Source: a virus (Duplodnaviria; Caudoviricetes). From it: a stretch of DNA of 64,000 bases. The stretch covers positions 1-64,000 of IMG/VR virus record IMGVR_UViG_3300037127_000056; one strand, written 5' to 3'. Position numbers and translations under genes: made by a program. Numbering within the stretch: the stretch's first letter is position 1; each line of letters starts with the position of its first letter. Below are positions 63,778 to 64,000 of the stretch, one piece after another. The notes beneath the pieces are model-generated. The model was not told where the DNA came from and ran no database searches. It saw only the letters and a list, made by a program, of their open reading frames with translations.

Positions 63778-64000
63778 ATGAGTAACAAACGCTACATCAA
63801 AGAGCGGGACCTTCCGGCAGAACTCGAACCCATCGACGCCGTCACGATCGGCTATGGTCCCCAACTGACGCGCGCCGCGGATGCGTTGGTCCGCGGCCAG
63901 CACGTCTTGATCTCAACGGACTTGATGGTCTCGACGTTCGTATCACAGATCATCTCGGACCGTCTCAAGAATCAAGACCAGAGTCTCGCGGACCGCATCC
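63778..64000 (+). CDS. partial ORF resembling the N-terminus of the AAA+ ATPase of FtsH ternary systems
   Basis: Manual translation MSNKRYIKERDLPAELEPIDAVTIGYGPQLTRAADALVRGQHVLISTD..., open to the window end; family recalled, not searched. Confidence 0.55.
   Translation, partial: MSNKRYIKERDLPAELEPIDAVTIGYGPQLTRAADALVRGQHVLISTDLMVSTFVSQIISDRLKNQDQSLADRI

Noticed and set aside
1-64000. tRNA, rRNA or CRISPR arrays; frequent CGATCG/TCGA words
   Set aside because: No RNA genes or arrays were recognisable by eye (tRNAscan not run). The short words are plausibly explained by ATC/GAT/GAC codon usage and were not quantified.

Overview
This is a GC-rich segment of a large contractile-tailed dsDNA phage or prophage. 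The host is probably a myxobacterium or similar; that is inferred only from the resemblance of several virion proteins. Replication and transcription genes include an AEP-primase-type Rep, a DnaN clamp, a DnaQ-like exonuclease, a DinG helicase, a class II RNR with a Pro1 mini-intein, an RpoD-like sigma factor and a methyltransferase-SNF2 fusion. Tail genes (tape measure, chaperone, spike, sheath, tube) are scattered over both strands among arrays of small paralogous ORFs. Four things stand out. (1) The perfect palindrome TCCCGCCGGCGGGA occurs 17 times exactly, often inside or next to promoters. (2) A seven-gene MoxR/vWA/radical-SAM cluster resembles the bacterial 'FtsH ternary' conflict system. 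Its apparent AAA partner starts 29 kb away, behind an almost identical palindrome-containing promoter. (3) Most transcription units appear to have their own leaderless sigma70-type promoter. (4) An origin-like repeat element is present twice: as direct repeats inside the Rep gene and as inverted repeats 45 kb away. Family assignments come from motif recognition, not database searches.
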